From a virus (taxonomy: Duplodnaviria; Caudoviricetes), in the IMG/VR virus record IMGVR_UViG_3300020044_007145, positions 1 through 26,676 of that record: a stretch of DNA of 26,676 nt, one strand, 5' to 3'. Position 1 is the first letter of the stretch, and the number at the start of each line of letters is the position of its first letter. Positions 8,289 through 18,818 of this stretch are shown here, piece after piece. The notes below the pieces were generated by a model that had not been told where the DNA came from, did no database searches, and saw only the letters and a list, made by a program, of their open reading frames with translations. Made by a program: the position numbers and the translations under genes.

Positions 8289-10856
8289 TCACAAATCTTT
8301 ATTCTCTGCTTTTGCTAATAAATCACGAATTAACAATAACATATTTTCAGCGTCATAAGCCTCTTGTGCTTGTGCGTGAGTTTTACAAGGTGAAAAGTAT
8401 TCTCCCATCATATGGAAACCTTCACACCCTATTTTAGCGGCAAATAATTCAGCCTCACCTTGAGTGGTATAATAAGGAACTCCCCCATCCATACCAGCCA
8501 TACTCATATTCTCTGAACGGATTTTTCCACAGATACGAGGAGCTGCTCTCTCACCATATCTCTCGGTCATATCTGCGATACATTCGTTCCAGGGATAAGC
8601 CTCGGCTTCCACCTTTTGGAAATCACCTCTATTCCACATACCATAACATCTTCCAAGAGCAGCTTGTTGGTCTGTCTCACCCTCGTTCATAACATAATCT
8701 ACACAACGAGCGATGAAATCCCCTTCAGTTTCACCAGGACTTGGATAAACAAATCCTTCTTTTTTAGCTGATACGGGAACACAATTTGGGACTTCTCTAC
8801 CATCTACGATTTTTGTTCCGTAAGGTTCGTATCCTTCCCAACAAGTTCCACTTGGAAAATCAAATCCAAAATCGGTCAGACCAAGACGAGTAATGAAATC
8901 ATCATAATCATAATAAACACCATTCAGAGAAAAATCACGGATTACATCCTTTACCATTTCTCTTCTGTTTTCCAAGTCATCAACCTTGAGAAGCAATTCA
9001 ATAATTCCATCAACCATATCTTTATCCTCAAGTATTCCGTTATGTTCCATTTCTTGTTTTGTGTCAAAGAAATTGAACGGAACTTCCTCAAACAACCCCT
9101 CTAAACTGATTCCTTGAGTTCTGTTAGAGACAATAAACTCCTCAAATAATCTCTTATCTCTAAAGTGAATTGTAGTCATCCAAGTTCCAGTTGGAAAGGT
9201 TCTACCAAAGATTTCGTAGGACTTGTCCCTTTCAGGGTCTTCTCCAACTAACCAGTTCTCATATGTATAAACATCATCACCCGAGAATACCATTCCAGAG
9301 TGTTCCAAATTGATTAAGTTCTTTGGTTTAAGACGAGAGATTTTCATCAACATCTTCTTAATGGTTTCCTTACTCATAAACACCCAATATGGAGAATTGG
9401 TCTGTCTATCCCAACGATAAATCTTTTGGTCGGGGACAAACACAACAGAGGTAATATCTCCCATATATTCGTCCTTACTAAATGCGATATTCATCTCCGT
9501 AGCACGAGATATTTCACCTTCCAACCAGTTCATAGCTTGTTCGTAATTAGTAGGGGAAAATCCCCAAGAAGCCATCATAAGTGCTCCACATCCGTCCTCA
9601 AAAGATTTAGATGATTCCCAATCTTGTTTGTGTCTTGAACCATAAGAATACATACGGGTCAAAATATCAACAGATGCGTTGTAAGATGCGTCAGCTAAAT
9701 CAGATGCTCTTCCTTTTCCAACATCAGTTCCACAATCACCCCAACCATTCTCTTCAGCATATTTGACAGCTCTTTCAGCAACCTCACGGATATACTCGGG
9801 AACTCGTGCGAAGTTCTGTCTCACTTGAAACTTATCAAGGACTTCAGCACTACCCTCAAAATATTCTGAATATACATCAACGGGGGTGAATCCCATAACA
9901 CAAGGGTCATCGGGAATAGGCAACATATCACCTGGCATAGGGTCTCCATAATCCAAAGCATCATAACAAAGTTTTACCTTTGTGATAATTTTTGCTGATG
10001 GTTCTGCTTTTAGAGCTGCTGCTCGGGTCTTGTAAAAAAACAATCCCATATGGAATGCGATAGGGTCTGAACCAGTAGATTCACTCTCATTTACATCGTC
10101 CTTATCTTCACTAAACCCAACAGCTTTTTTGGGTGGGTCTAAACTCCACTCACTCACGAACGGACGACCTACTCCCCCAATCTGAATAGCTCTCTTGGTT
10201 TGTATTGCTTTTTCAGGTATTCTCTGTAGTGCTTCTTCATAAGTTTCCCCTTGATTTAGTGGAAACTCTATTTGGAAGAACCTGTGCCTACAATATTTTC
10301 CCGACTTATACAAGAAAAAATCTACCTGTGAATAGATGTTTCTACGGAATACTAACTTGAATGTATCACTACTATTTGAGAACTTTTGTGATAGATTATC
10401 AAGGTCTCCTCTTGAAAACACACGACCAGCTAAAATCATTTTACGACATAATGCTCTTGAGGTCTTGATAAGTGGAGCACCCAATGCTGTATCTACAACA
10501 TAGATGTATCTTGTGATTGAGTTATTTTCTGTTCCATCACCACTCTTGAGGTCAAACTGCTTCGGATTGGAAGTAATCGGGGGAACTGATACGAACCCCT
10601 CCATCGTATATGTCTCTTTAACGGGAGTAATCTTTGCTCCCTTCAACATTCTCATATCAAGTGGAGTTCCGTATTGGTCTAATACAGAAAGTTCGTCAGA
10701 ACTAAAATTATGATGGTCTAACTCGCAGTCGTGGTGGTTTGATTCATCTCCAAAATATTCCCAAGCGATTTGGGTTGCGGGGTCTTTTACAAGTGATAGG
10801 TATTGAACCCCACTCATATCGTCGTCCTCCGACACTAATAACTCAAATAGTTTCAT
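8289..10856 (-). CDS. Multidomain XkdF-like prohead serine protease
   Basis: N-terminal SGV..LSLVKDPA segment; core at aa ~459-590 (PDQKIYR, FMSKETI, NLEH, ENW, DKS, P.GTW, GISLEG); many inserted and appended domains. Confidence 0.75.
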   Translation of the reverse strand: MKLFELLVSEDDDMSGVQYLSLVKDPATQIAWEYFGDESNHHDCELDHHNFSSDELSVLDQYGTPLDMRMLKGAKITPVKETYTMEGFVSVPPITSNPKQFDLKSGDGTENNSITRYIYVVDTALGAPLIKTSRALCRKMILAGRVFSRGDLDNLSQKFSNSSDTFKLVFRRNIYSQVDFFLYKSGKYCRHRFFQIEFPLNQGETYEEALQRIPEKAIQTKRAIQIGGVGRPFVSEWSLDPPKKAVGFSEDKDDVNESESTGSDPIAFHMGLFFYKTRAAALKAEPSAKIITKVKLCYDALDYGDPMPGDMLPIPDDPCVMGFTPVDVYSEYFEGSAEVLDKFQVRQNFARVPEYIREVAERAVKYAEENGWGDCGTDVGKGRASDLADASYNASVDILTRMYSYGSRHKQDWESSKSFEDGCGALMMASWGFSPTNYEQAMNWLEGEISRATEMNIAFSKDEYMGDITSVVFVPDQKIYRWDRQTNSPYWVFMSKETIKKMLMKISRLKPKNLINLEHSGMVFSGDDVYTYENWLVGEDPERDKSYEIFGRTFPTGTWMTTIHFRDKRLFEEFIVSNRTQGISLEGLFEEVPFNFFDTKQEMEHNGILEDKDMVDGIIELLLKVDDLENRREMVKDVIRDFSLNGVYYDYDDFITRLGLTDFGFDFPSGTCWEGYEPYGTKIVDGREVPNCVPVSAKKEGFVYPSPGETEGDFIARCVDYVMNEGETDQQAALGRCYGMWNRGDFQKVEAEAYPWNECIADMTERYGERAAPRICGKIRSENMSMAGMDGGVPYYTTQGEAELFAAKIGCEGFHMMGEYFSPCKTHAQAQEAYDAENMLLLIRDLLAKAENKDL

Positions 10857-10873
10857 ATCAATATAAATAGTTT

Positions 10874-13800
10874 TTACAAACGAGATAGTTGAGTAATTCT
10901 ATTATTCAATTTCTCGGTGTTCTGTATGTCGTTATACAACACATAAGTTTTTATTGGTGGTGTGTTGGTATTTTGTTTTGCGATTGCTTGAACCAATCTT
11001 GAATCATCAATCGTTAGTTTCCTTCCACCCGTTGATGAGTTCAGGTCTCCAATCAAATCACCATAACGAGCAACAGCTGCTTTATTTACCACGAACTCAC
11101 CACCTTCAAGAAGTGCTGGAACTCCCCCGTTCATTCCCTCGTGTGATTCACCCATAATCAAACCACCTCGTCTTCCCACGAACTGCTGTGCTTTTACAGC
11201 CGTTAATTGGTTAGACACTGCTTGGGTCTGTGCCACAGCTAATCCCCCGATTAGAGTAGCATAAGGGATGGAACCAGGAAAGGGAACAGAAGCTAAAGCA
11301 TTTACCACAGCTTGAGCACCTTCAGCGATTGTCTGTGCGAGGGTAAAGTTCAACTCTTGAATACGAGCTTTTTTCTCAATCTCAAATCTTCTCTTTGCGA
11401 ACTCCCTACGAGCGTCCTCTTGTTCTTTGAGTGCTCTGGCTGAAGCCGAACCAATTCTTTCTATCGTTTGTTCTTCATCACGAGCCAGTTGTTCCAACAC
11501 CAAACTATTTCGAGATTGTAAGACCTGTGCTAAACCATTTGTCAGGGTCTGAAACTTACTGACGATATTACTAATCATCTTATCTAAATCCGTAAAGAAA
11601 TCTTGGAAATCTTCAGCAAAATCAGAAGGTAGAGTTTCAAGTGATTTTTTAGCTTTGTCAATTGCGTCTTGGAAAGGATTTACCGCTAATCCAAGAGCAG
11701 TTTGTATTTCACTTCCTAATGTCTCCAAAGTTCCAATTAAACTTCTTAATTCATCTTTTGTAGCATTTTCCAAATCAGGTAATCCTTGTTCCAATCCACT
11801 TATGAAAGCTTCAATTCCGTCTTGACCTAATTGATTGAGATATTTCTCGGTATTCTGAATAATATCAAGTAAGATAATATCCAAGTTTTCAGATTGTGCT
11901 TTACCAAACTCAAACAAAGCACGAGGGTCATATGCCTCTTGAATTGCTCTTTTATTTTTTTCTATGGTTTGTAGGTTTTTCTCTGATTGGTCTTCTACAG
12001 ATTCCAAACCTTTAACGAAATCATCGGTTCTAATAACCCCATCTAAAATGGATTGAGTTAAAAGTTTATAATTTGTCGTTAATGTATCAATCGCATCAAT
12101 CCTATTTTTGAGGGTCGTAGCTGCTTTTGTGTTATTACTTCTTTCCGCAGCATCTAAATCAATTTGTAATTTACCTCTTTCCGCAAATAATTTTTTTACC
12201 TTCTCATCAATACCAAATCTTTTGCTAACAATATCAAGTGATTTCTGTTGAATATCTTGTTCGGTCAATCCGAGTTTTACAGAGTCCGCTCGTAGTTTTC
12301 CAATTTCTATTTCAGCATCTACTAATTGATTTAACAATTCTTTTGTAGCAACCCCCCCAAATAGATTCTCAAAATTACCTTTACCGATTGTTTCAGATAT
12401 TTTACTAACCCTTTGGTCTAATGAATTGAAATATTGAACGAAACTCCTTCTACTCTCTTCATTAACATTCGTTAATGATTCACCGATTTCAGGTAATTTC
12501 ATTTCAGCAAACTTTACGAACTCATCCCAACCTGTTGCTTTCTTGAAATCCAATTCTCCACTATTAAATGCGAAACGAATTGTATTAAATAAATCAGCAT
12601 AACCATCTGATAATTTTTTTGCTTCCTCTGCTGATGGTATGGTCTTCAATAGGAAATCACGGAGTTCAAGTAATACTTTCTCCCCTTCGGTTCTCAAAGT
12701 CGTTGCTTGGGTCTCAAGGAAGCTTTCCTGTTCTTGGATTGCTTTCTCCTGATTTTCAATAATACCTGCGGTGTATTTCAACTCTGCCGATTGAGCCTTC
12801 TGTAATTGGTCTATTAGATTTTTGAGTCCGTTAATTCTCAACTCATATTGTCTTAATACCTTATCAACAACCTCGACATTTTTTTCAGATGATTTTGCTT
12901 GAGCCTCCTCAATCTTAACCTGTTTCTTCAACTGATTTTCATAAGGAGCTAATTTACCAAGTGTCTTATCGATTGCGTTGGTGTATTTGTCCTGTAATGC
13001 GATAATCGGTGCGAAGTCCTCATTATAACTCTCCTTTAATTCCGCTATAAGTTGTGGAGCACTCGCACCATATTCCGCTCGTAATTCCGCAGCTTCCGTC
13101 TCAAACTCAATTTCCTTCTCAACCCTTTTTTGTGTTATAATAGCCAGTGCCGCTTCCTGCTGACGAAGTTGAATCTGAAGTTTTAGGAACTTTACACCAT
13201 CGGCTGTAAGTTTGTTATTTTTATCAATAAATGCGTTCAGACCAGGATATACCTTTTTGAGTTGTTCTAATGTTCGTAGTTCAAGATTACGAGTTTTAAC
13301 ATTATCCGTTAAGATTTCTAATTGGGTCTCAAGTTCTTTAGAAGCATCAGTTCTGGTTTTGATAAGTTCCCTTTCAAGTTTTTCAGTCGCTTTTAAGATT
13401 TCTTCTTGTTTTGCTTCCTCACCAAATAAAGCATCATATGCTTTTACCAATCCATAAATCGCAGCGGTCAATGCGACAACACCCGCAGCGAAAGCAGCGA
13501 TAGGATTTAGATTTATAATGATAGTCCAAGCTGCGGTGGCTTTTGCGGCAATACCCGTTGCGATGGCATTAGCTCGGGTTGCGATGGTTGCTCTCAAGGT
13601 CGCAGATTCAACAAGAGCGGTGTTGATTGCGTTTATACCCAACGCAACATTTAAGACCTGTAGTGCTTTTGCTTCGGCAGCTTGGACTTGTTCTAAATCT
13701 TCAGTATCAGTAATGATAAGACCCAACGCACCAGATAAGACCTGAAATGAACCCGTAAGGATATTGACCGCATCACCGATTGCTCTAAACCTTTTTTCCG

Positions 13801-14020
13801 CACCAATACCCTCCGTTGCTTTATCTACATCGTCAATCGCAGAACGGAGTTTAGCGATATTTTGTGTTGCTTCAATAAACGCAGGTGTTCCAAAATCAAG
13901 GGTCTTTAGTTGTGCTTGTAGATTTGCGAGTTCCGATTCTAACTGACCGAGATTTTTGATTACCTTCTGTTCCCCTGTTGAGGTAAAACCTAACTTAATT
14001 GCGATTTCCTTTTGAGCCAT
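10874..14020 (-). CDS. Tail tape measure protein
   Basis: 1048 aa, helical/coiled-coil, with Ala-rich hydrophobic segments and a C-terminal GESH..GG....EGGEFVVN motif. Confidence 0.85.
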   Translation of the reverse strand: MAQKEIAIKLGFTSTGEQKVIKNLGQLESELANLQAQLKTLDFGTPAFIEATQNIAKLRSAIDDVDKATEGIGAEKRFRAIGDAVNILTGSFQVLSGALGLIITDTEDLEQVQAAEAKALQVLNVALGINAINTALVESATLRATIATRANAIATGIAAKATAAWTIIINLNPIAAFAAGVVALTAAIYGLVKAYDALFGEEAKQEEILKATEKLERELIKTRTDASKELETQLEILTDNVKTRNLELRTLEQLKKVYPGLNAFIDKNNKLTADGVKFLKLQIQLRQQEAALAIITQKRVEKEIEFETEAAELRAEYGASAPQLIAELKESYNEDFAPIIALQDKYTNAIDKTLGKLAPYENQLKKQVKIEEAQAKSSEKNVEVVDKVLRQYELRINGLKNLIDQLQKAQSAELKYTAGIIENQEKAIQEQESFLETQATTLRTEGEKVLLELRDFLLKTIPSAEEAKKLSDGYADLFNTIRFAFNSGELDFKKATGWDEFVKFAEMKLPEIGESLTNVNEESRRSFVQYFNSLDQRVSKISETIGKGNFENLFGGVATKELLNQLVDAEIEIGKLRADSVKLGLTEQDIQQKSLDIVSKRFGIDEKVKKLFAERGKLQIDLDAAERSNNTKAATTLKNRIDAIDTLTTNYKLLTQSILDGVIRTDDFVKGLESVEDQSEKNLQTIEKNKRAIQEAYDPRALFEFGKAQSENLDIILLDIIQNTEKYLNQLGQDGIEAFISGLEQGLPDLENATKDELRSLIGTLETLGSEIQTALGLAVNPFQDAIDKAKKSLETLPSDFAEDFQDFFTDLDKMISNIVSKFQTLTNGLAQVLQSRNSLVLEQLARDEEQTIERIGSASARALKEQEDARREFAKRRFEIEKKARIQELNFTLAQTIAEGAQAVVNALASVPFPGSIPYATLIGGLAVAQTQAVSNQLTAVKAQQFVGRRGGLIMGESHEGMNGGVPALLEGGEFVVNKAAVARYGDLIGDLNSSTGGRKLTIDDSRLVQAIAKQNTNTPPIKTYVLYNDIQNTEKLNNRITQLSRL

Positions 14021-14026
14021 ATTCTA

Positions 14027-16534
14027 TTAGCAGTTTTGTAAGTTTTGGAGTATTCCTAACTCCGCTACTTGATAAATAGTTGAGCCTCCAATAGGTTTGA
14101 TTTTTGTGCCCTCTGCGATTGGTGTCGTAGCAGTTGTATCACTAAAGACACTACAACCAGCACTCAAAACAGAGCAGTTGGAATAAACCAAAGTGATTGT
14201 TGAGATTTCAGCACATATATCCAAAGTATTATTACCTGTGTAGATATTGTGTGAGAAAGTAGATGCCGATGGTGTCGGAGGGGTGATTGGAACTGACGGA
14301 GCATAGGTAGGTGGAATCAAAGGTGTTTCCACAGGGTAATATGGTAATTTAATCCACTCACATTCAACCAAACTCGTCTCGGTAATATCAGCATCGGTCA
14401 TAGACAATAACCTCCAATACGATTCAAGAAAATAGACCCTATCGTTGAATTGAAGGTTGTTTATATCTGTGGGGGTGAGCTTAAATGTTCCACTTAATAT
14501 TTTCACTTCAGGGTCATAAAGAGGTTGAACTCTTGGAGCCCAAAAGTTATTCCACACATCTTGGTCTGTATATCCAACAAATGAATCATTTGGTATTTGC
14601 CAGAAGTCATACTGATTACCGATGTTTAAGTCAGAAAAAGTAGAAGGTTCATACTCATAGTTGGAAAGGTGAGAAATACTTGGATAGGTGTTATGAGCCA
14701 CAGCGGTTGAACCACTCAACAAATACCAGTTCTTGGTAGCACCTGTGATGGTAAAGTCCTGAAGTCCATTATAGAAACCAATCCTAATGCCCGAACCTAA
14801 AGTTGTATATTGGTTAGGTAATGTATCCGCACCAGGATTCCAAGTATAAAGGTGAGGGATAATCATACTACTATCACTCACCACATCAAAGGTTGCGACT
14901 GGTAGTGGTTGGAAAGGAATTACGACCTGAATTACTCCATCGTGATATGGAATGTTGGATATGAACCTAAAAGTCCCGTATTCTTGGTTTCTGTCTTGTC
15001 TGTTGATTTTACTGAATCTATCTTCAGCAACATTATAACTGATGATGTATTCCTGTTGGAGTGTGTTGGTGGGTTGAAGTGAATATGGAGATGATAAATC
15101 TATTTTTTGACTCCAATCTAAAACATCACCAGCCTCGAAATAGGTGTCCCATTTTTCAATTACGAAGTTTCTATCCCCTCTTGGAATTAAGACCAAGTTG
15201 AATAATTGAATAATACCCTTAAAGAAATCTAAACAGGAAACCTCACCAGGTAAGTTGTCCCCCAAATAAACATTATCTGTTCCTCCCAACGATGGTGATT
15301 CATACAAAGTCATAGTGGTTCTAAAGACACCCAAAGTAGCATCGGGAAAACCCCCACCCTGATTACGAGAATAGAACAATCCAACACGAGCTGTTGCTGG
15401 TAAAGTGAGATTGAAATATAAAGTAAATTGTGTAAGGTCAGTTGTCGGTAGAACTAATAGTCCCTGAACTTGTTCGTAGATTGTCCCTGTATCCAAGTCC
15501 TTTAGAGCGACATTCAAATACAAAGGGAATGAACTATTTTGAGTAAATAAAGAAAGATTCACTCTCATCTTATACACTCCGCTCACTACCGCTGTAAAGA
15601 AATGTTCTCTGTTGGATACATTTATTGAAGGGGTAAAAATATTGAGAGGGTCAGTATTTTCTATATTCAGATAGAAATATTCTGTATAAGCTGTTCCGTA
15701 ATTTGGAGTTAATGAATAATCAAAAAATCCTGTGTTTGTTGTGGCAATAAAAATGTTGGAGTTCTCACTCGCACCTGATGTAGTGCTGACCCCTTGTGTT
15801 TGGTTCGTCTTTGCCAAGGCGAATAACCCCTTGAAATATTCTGTCTCAAAGAAATCACTTTGATATGAGAAACCCGACCTCTGAAAGATTTGGTCTATCA
15901 TATATTTCACATTAACCCAAGGCGCAAACTGGTTCAGAACCAAAGGGTATGATGGATTAGTAAATCCCGTAGCATTGTCCTCAAATGTTCCGTAGTAAAG
16001 ATTCGCATCATATCCGTAATGAGCGAGGGGGTATAATATCTTACCCGTTATACCAGCATAATCATTATATGAACCACCAGTATAATTCCAAGTATCAACC
16101 ACATTATCATAATCCAAAGTGTGGGTAATCCCCGAATAATCCAAATCAATCAATTTGATATTCTGAAGGGTTGTGGAGAAATCAGGTAAAGATTGAGTCA
16201 AAAAGATTTCATAAGTTCCCCCATTAACATCGTTGATAATTCGTGCTAATCTACATTGCCCATTAAAGACATCCGCTCCCGCATATTTTACAATCGCATC
16301 AACCACAACACTATCCACAAATGATGACGCATTTACCATAAATGCTGATTGAAAAAACTGACTATTTTTTGAGCTCTGTGGTAGGTTGAATGTCTTTGTA
16401 AAACTTGACTGACGAGTAGTGAAATCTTCAATCTCCTCAAACGATTTATTGACTGATATACTAACATTTCCAATCAAATCCATACTCACCCATTCACTCG
16501 TGATGTTGGATTTGAGCCATAGTTCTACAACCAT
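14027..16534 (-). CDS. Tail tip/hub protein with C-terminal P/T linker and appended domain
   Basis: 835 aa; I.DF..R.S.F.KTF.LP....N..FF, YPL..YG, DFFKGIIQLFNL and DWSQKID resemble Bacteroidota siphovirus tail proteins. Confidence 0.65.
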   Translation of the reverse strand: MVVELWLKSNITSEWVSMDLIGNVSISVNKSFEEIEDFTTRQSSFTKTFNLPQSSKNSQFFQSAFMVNASSFVDSVVVDAIVKYAGADVFNGQCRLARIINDVNGGTYEIFLTQSLPDFSTTLQNIKLIDLDYSGITHTLDYDNVVDTWNYTGGSYNDYAGITGKILYPLAHYGYDANLYYGTFEDNATGFTNPSYPLVLNQFAPWVNVKYMIDQIFQRSGFSYQSDFFETEYFKGLFALAKTNQTQGVSTTSGASENSNIFIATTNTGFFDYSLTPNYGTAYTEYFYLNIENTDPLNIFTPSINVSNREHFFTAVVSGVYKMRVNLSLFTQNSSFPLYLNVALKDLDTGTIYEQVQGLLVLPTTDLTQFTLYFNLTLPATARVGLFYSRNQGGGFPDATLGVFRTTMTLYESPSLGGTDNVYLGDNLPGEVSCLDFFKGIIQLFNLVLIPRGDRNFVIEKWDTYFEAGDVLDWSQKIDLSSPYSLQPTNTLQQEYIISYNVAEDRFSKINRQDRNQEYGTFRFISNIPYHDGVIQVVIPFQPLPVATFDVVSDSSMIIPHLYTWNPGADTLPNQYTTLGSGIRIGFYNGLQDFTITGATKNWYLLSGSTAVAHNTYPSISHLSNYEYEPSTFSDLNIGNQYDFWQIPNDSFVGYTDQDVWNNFWAPRVQPLYDPEVKILSGTFKLTPTDINNLQFNDRVYFLESYWRLLSMTDADITETSLVECEWIKLPYYPVETPLIPPTYAPSVPITPPTPSASTFSHNIYTGNNTLDICAEISTITLVYSNCSVLSAGCSVFSDTTATTPIAEGTKIKPIGGSTIYQVAELGILQNLQNC

Positions 16535-16535
16535 A

Positions 16536-18818
16536 TTATTCTTGTTGTTGTCTTGTGGTGTCGTAAGCCGACTTATACTCTATTGAGATTTGATACAGGT
16601 TTGAGTTGATTTGATAGTTAGGAACTGAAACCTCTGTATTTGTTATTACAATCGGTTCTAATACTCCATTATCCCCAATCAGATAAACCGATGGTGATTG
16701 GAACAATTCTTCACTCAACCAAATACTCTCTGCTTGTGGAAGGGGTGCGGTGTAAAGGACTCCTGCTTTTACAACATTATTGCTCCATACATTTCTCTTC
16801 GATGCCCAACCATAATATGAGGTTGTATCCCACCCTTGAGAATATAGTAAGGGTGCTGCTTGATATTCTTGTTTATTAACAGAATACCCAACATCTTCTT
16901 TTGCTCTGAAATTGTAGTAATCCCAAGCACCCATCTTATTCATAAAGAATAGGTTTCTGTCTCCTTGAGAACAGACATCATCAAGGTAGAAATAGAATGG
17001 TTCAGAGATTTTAGTAAGACCTGAAAAACAAGTTCCCGATGCGTAAGTAGGACAAGGGAACGCAGATAATGCCTGTGCTTGAGTTGTGAAAATATATGGA
17101 TTAACCAAATCAATAAATCCACCACCACCAACTTCTATGAACTCATAAATGGTTTCTTGGAAATTGAAGAAAACCCCCAAGAAAATAGGGTCTCCATAAT
17201 ATGTAAAATATTGTAGTGTATCATCACATACATTTCTACCGATGATTTGAGTTCCACCACTATAAGTTGTTCCAGTATTTGGAAGTGGGTCAGGACAAGG
17301 GTCAGGAGAGGTTGAACCAAGTAAAGTTGCGGTTATACCAGCAGGGGTGGGTGCTGGATAATTTATTTTCAATATCAAAGATGTTGAAGGTGGAATAAGA
17401 GCGGTTTGTTCTGTTCCACAACAACCAGTAAAGGTATAAGTGTATGGAGTCGATGCTGAATAACTAACACCATAATTCCTACAATCCGCACTGAATGGTA
17501 TAGGACAAGCCCCAATCAAAGTGATAGTCATTCCCGCAGCTTCTACACTACCTTCACACGCACATACTCTGATTGTTTCTAAAGCTCCAATACTATCGTT
17601 GATAGTATCACCACTACAATTTGTGTAAGAAAATAAACTCTCAAACTCACTTCCGTTGAAAACATCGTATGTCTTACATTCACAAACTTCACACTCACCA
17701 TTATCAGTTGCGGTTTCTCCGTCAAGAGAAGCGACATTTGTGTTCTGACAAGCACACCACTCACCAGTAGTGGAAGGAGCAATGGTGATGGTTTGTTCTA
17801 CTCCAACACAATCCAAATAAGTAAAAGTAATTTCAGCCTCATCACTTGGATTGGTATAAGTGTAGGTATGACAACTACAACCATCAAAGTCCTCAATAGA
17901 AGGGTCTGGTGGGGTCGGAGATGTCGTTATTGCTTCCAATTCAACCTTATAGTATTTTGTGTTTGACGGAACATTTATTCCGTGATAGTCCTCCAAGTTG
18001 GGAATACCAACTCCAAGATAAACCACTTGTTGTTCTGCGAAGTTTGTAGGTAGGTCAAACCACCCATCATACCAAGCACAATTTGGACGAGTTCCACATA
18101 GGTCTTCAACATTATAACTTCTACTGGTTTGTATAACTACATTATCAATATCATAGAAAGTGAATAAAGCAGAATAGATTTGTTTTGATACATCTACAGG
18201 TGATGGTGAAGGTGGAGAAGCACTCTGCCAGTTAAACGCTCCCAATACAGCATTATCCGTTGAACGAATATACCTTGTTCTCGGTGAGTTCGTCATAAAC
18301 ATACTTGAGTATTGTGGGAAATTACCAGTTTGTCCTGTTAGATAAAATGGCTCGAAATTAAATTGTTGTCCGTTGAACCATTCTTTAACCCCATTATAAG
18401 CGTATGAAATCTGACTCAATACACCAGGACTTCCTACATTTCCAAGACCATCATAAACCACCACATTTCCATTTGGTGTGGTCGAATATTCCTCACCAAC
18501 TTTGATTGAATAAACAATCATATTGTCGTTCAAGTATCCCCAAGCTATTTGGTGAATTGGTGTCTCTCCACTACAACCCACATTAAGTGGTTGAGATGAG
18601 GTGTAGTTCATCAAAATTGGGGAAAGGTCTGTCTGACCCCAACCTTCAGTTGATGGGCTTATTTTAAGAGTTGTAATGAACCCTTCGTTTGAGAATACAT
18701 CTACAACATATCTGTATTTGTATTTTGATGGGTCTGTAGCACCCGTGCTCTCAAACTGAAAAACGAGGTTTCCATATACGGGTTCTATGTAATTTGGTTC
18801 TGCTAAAAATGTAATCAT
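16536..18818 (-). CDS. Distal-tail-like structural protein with Cys-rich repeat insertion
   Basis: 760 aa; YRYVVDV at the N-terminus, and F.NKMGAWDYYNF and W..ELF.SP.VY at the C-terminus; central Cys-rich repeats. Confidence 0.6.
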   Translation of the reverse strand: MITFLAEPNYIEPVYGNLVFQFESTGATDPSKYKYRYVVDVFSNEGFITTLKISPSTEGWGQTDLSPILMNYTSSQPLNVGCSGETPIHQIAWGYLNDNMIVYSIKVGEEYSTTPNGNVVVYDGLGNVGSPGVLSQISYAYNGVKEWFNGQQFNFEPFYLTGQTGNFPQYSSMFMTNSPRTRYIRSTDNAVLGAFNWQSASPPSPSPVDVSKQIYSALFTFYDIDNVVIQTSRSYNVEDLCGTRPNCAWYDGWFDLPTNFAEQQVVYLGVGIPNLEDYHGINVPSNTKYYKVELEAITTSPTPPDPSIEDFDGCSCHTYTYTNPSDEAEITFTYLDCVGVEQTITIAPSTTGEWCACQNTNVASLDGETATDNGECEVCECKTYDVFNGSEFESLFSYTNCSGDTINDSIGALETIRVCACEGSVEAAGMTITLIGACPIPFSADCRNYGVSYSASTPYTYTFTGCCGTEQTALIPPSTSLILKINYPAPTPAGITATLLGSTSPDPCPDPLPNTGTTYSGGTQIIGRNVCDDTLQYFTYYGDPIFLGVFFNFQETIYEFIEVGGGGFIDLVNPYIFTTQAQALSAFPCPTYASGTCFSGLTKISEPFYFYLDDVCSQGDRNLFFMNKMGAWDYYNFRAKEDVGYSVNKQEYQAAPLLYSQGWDTTSYYGWASKRNVWSNNVVKAGVLYTAPLPQAESIWLSEELFQSPSVYLIGDNGVLEPIVITNTEVSVPNYQINSNLYQISIEYKSAYDTTRQQQE

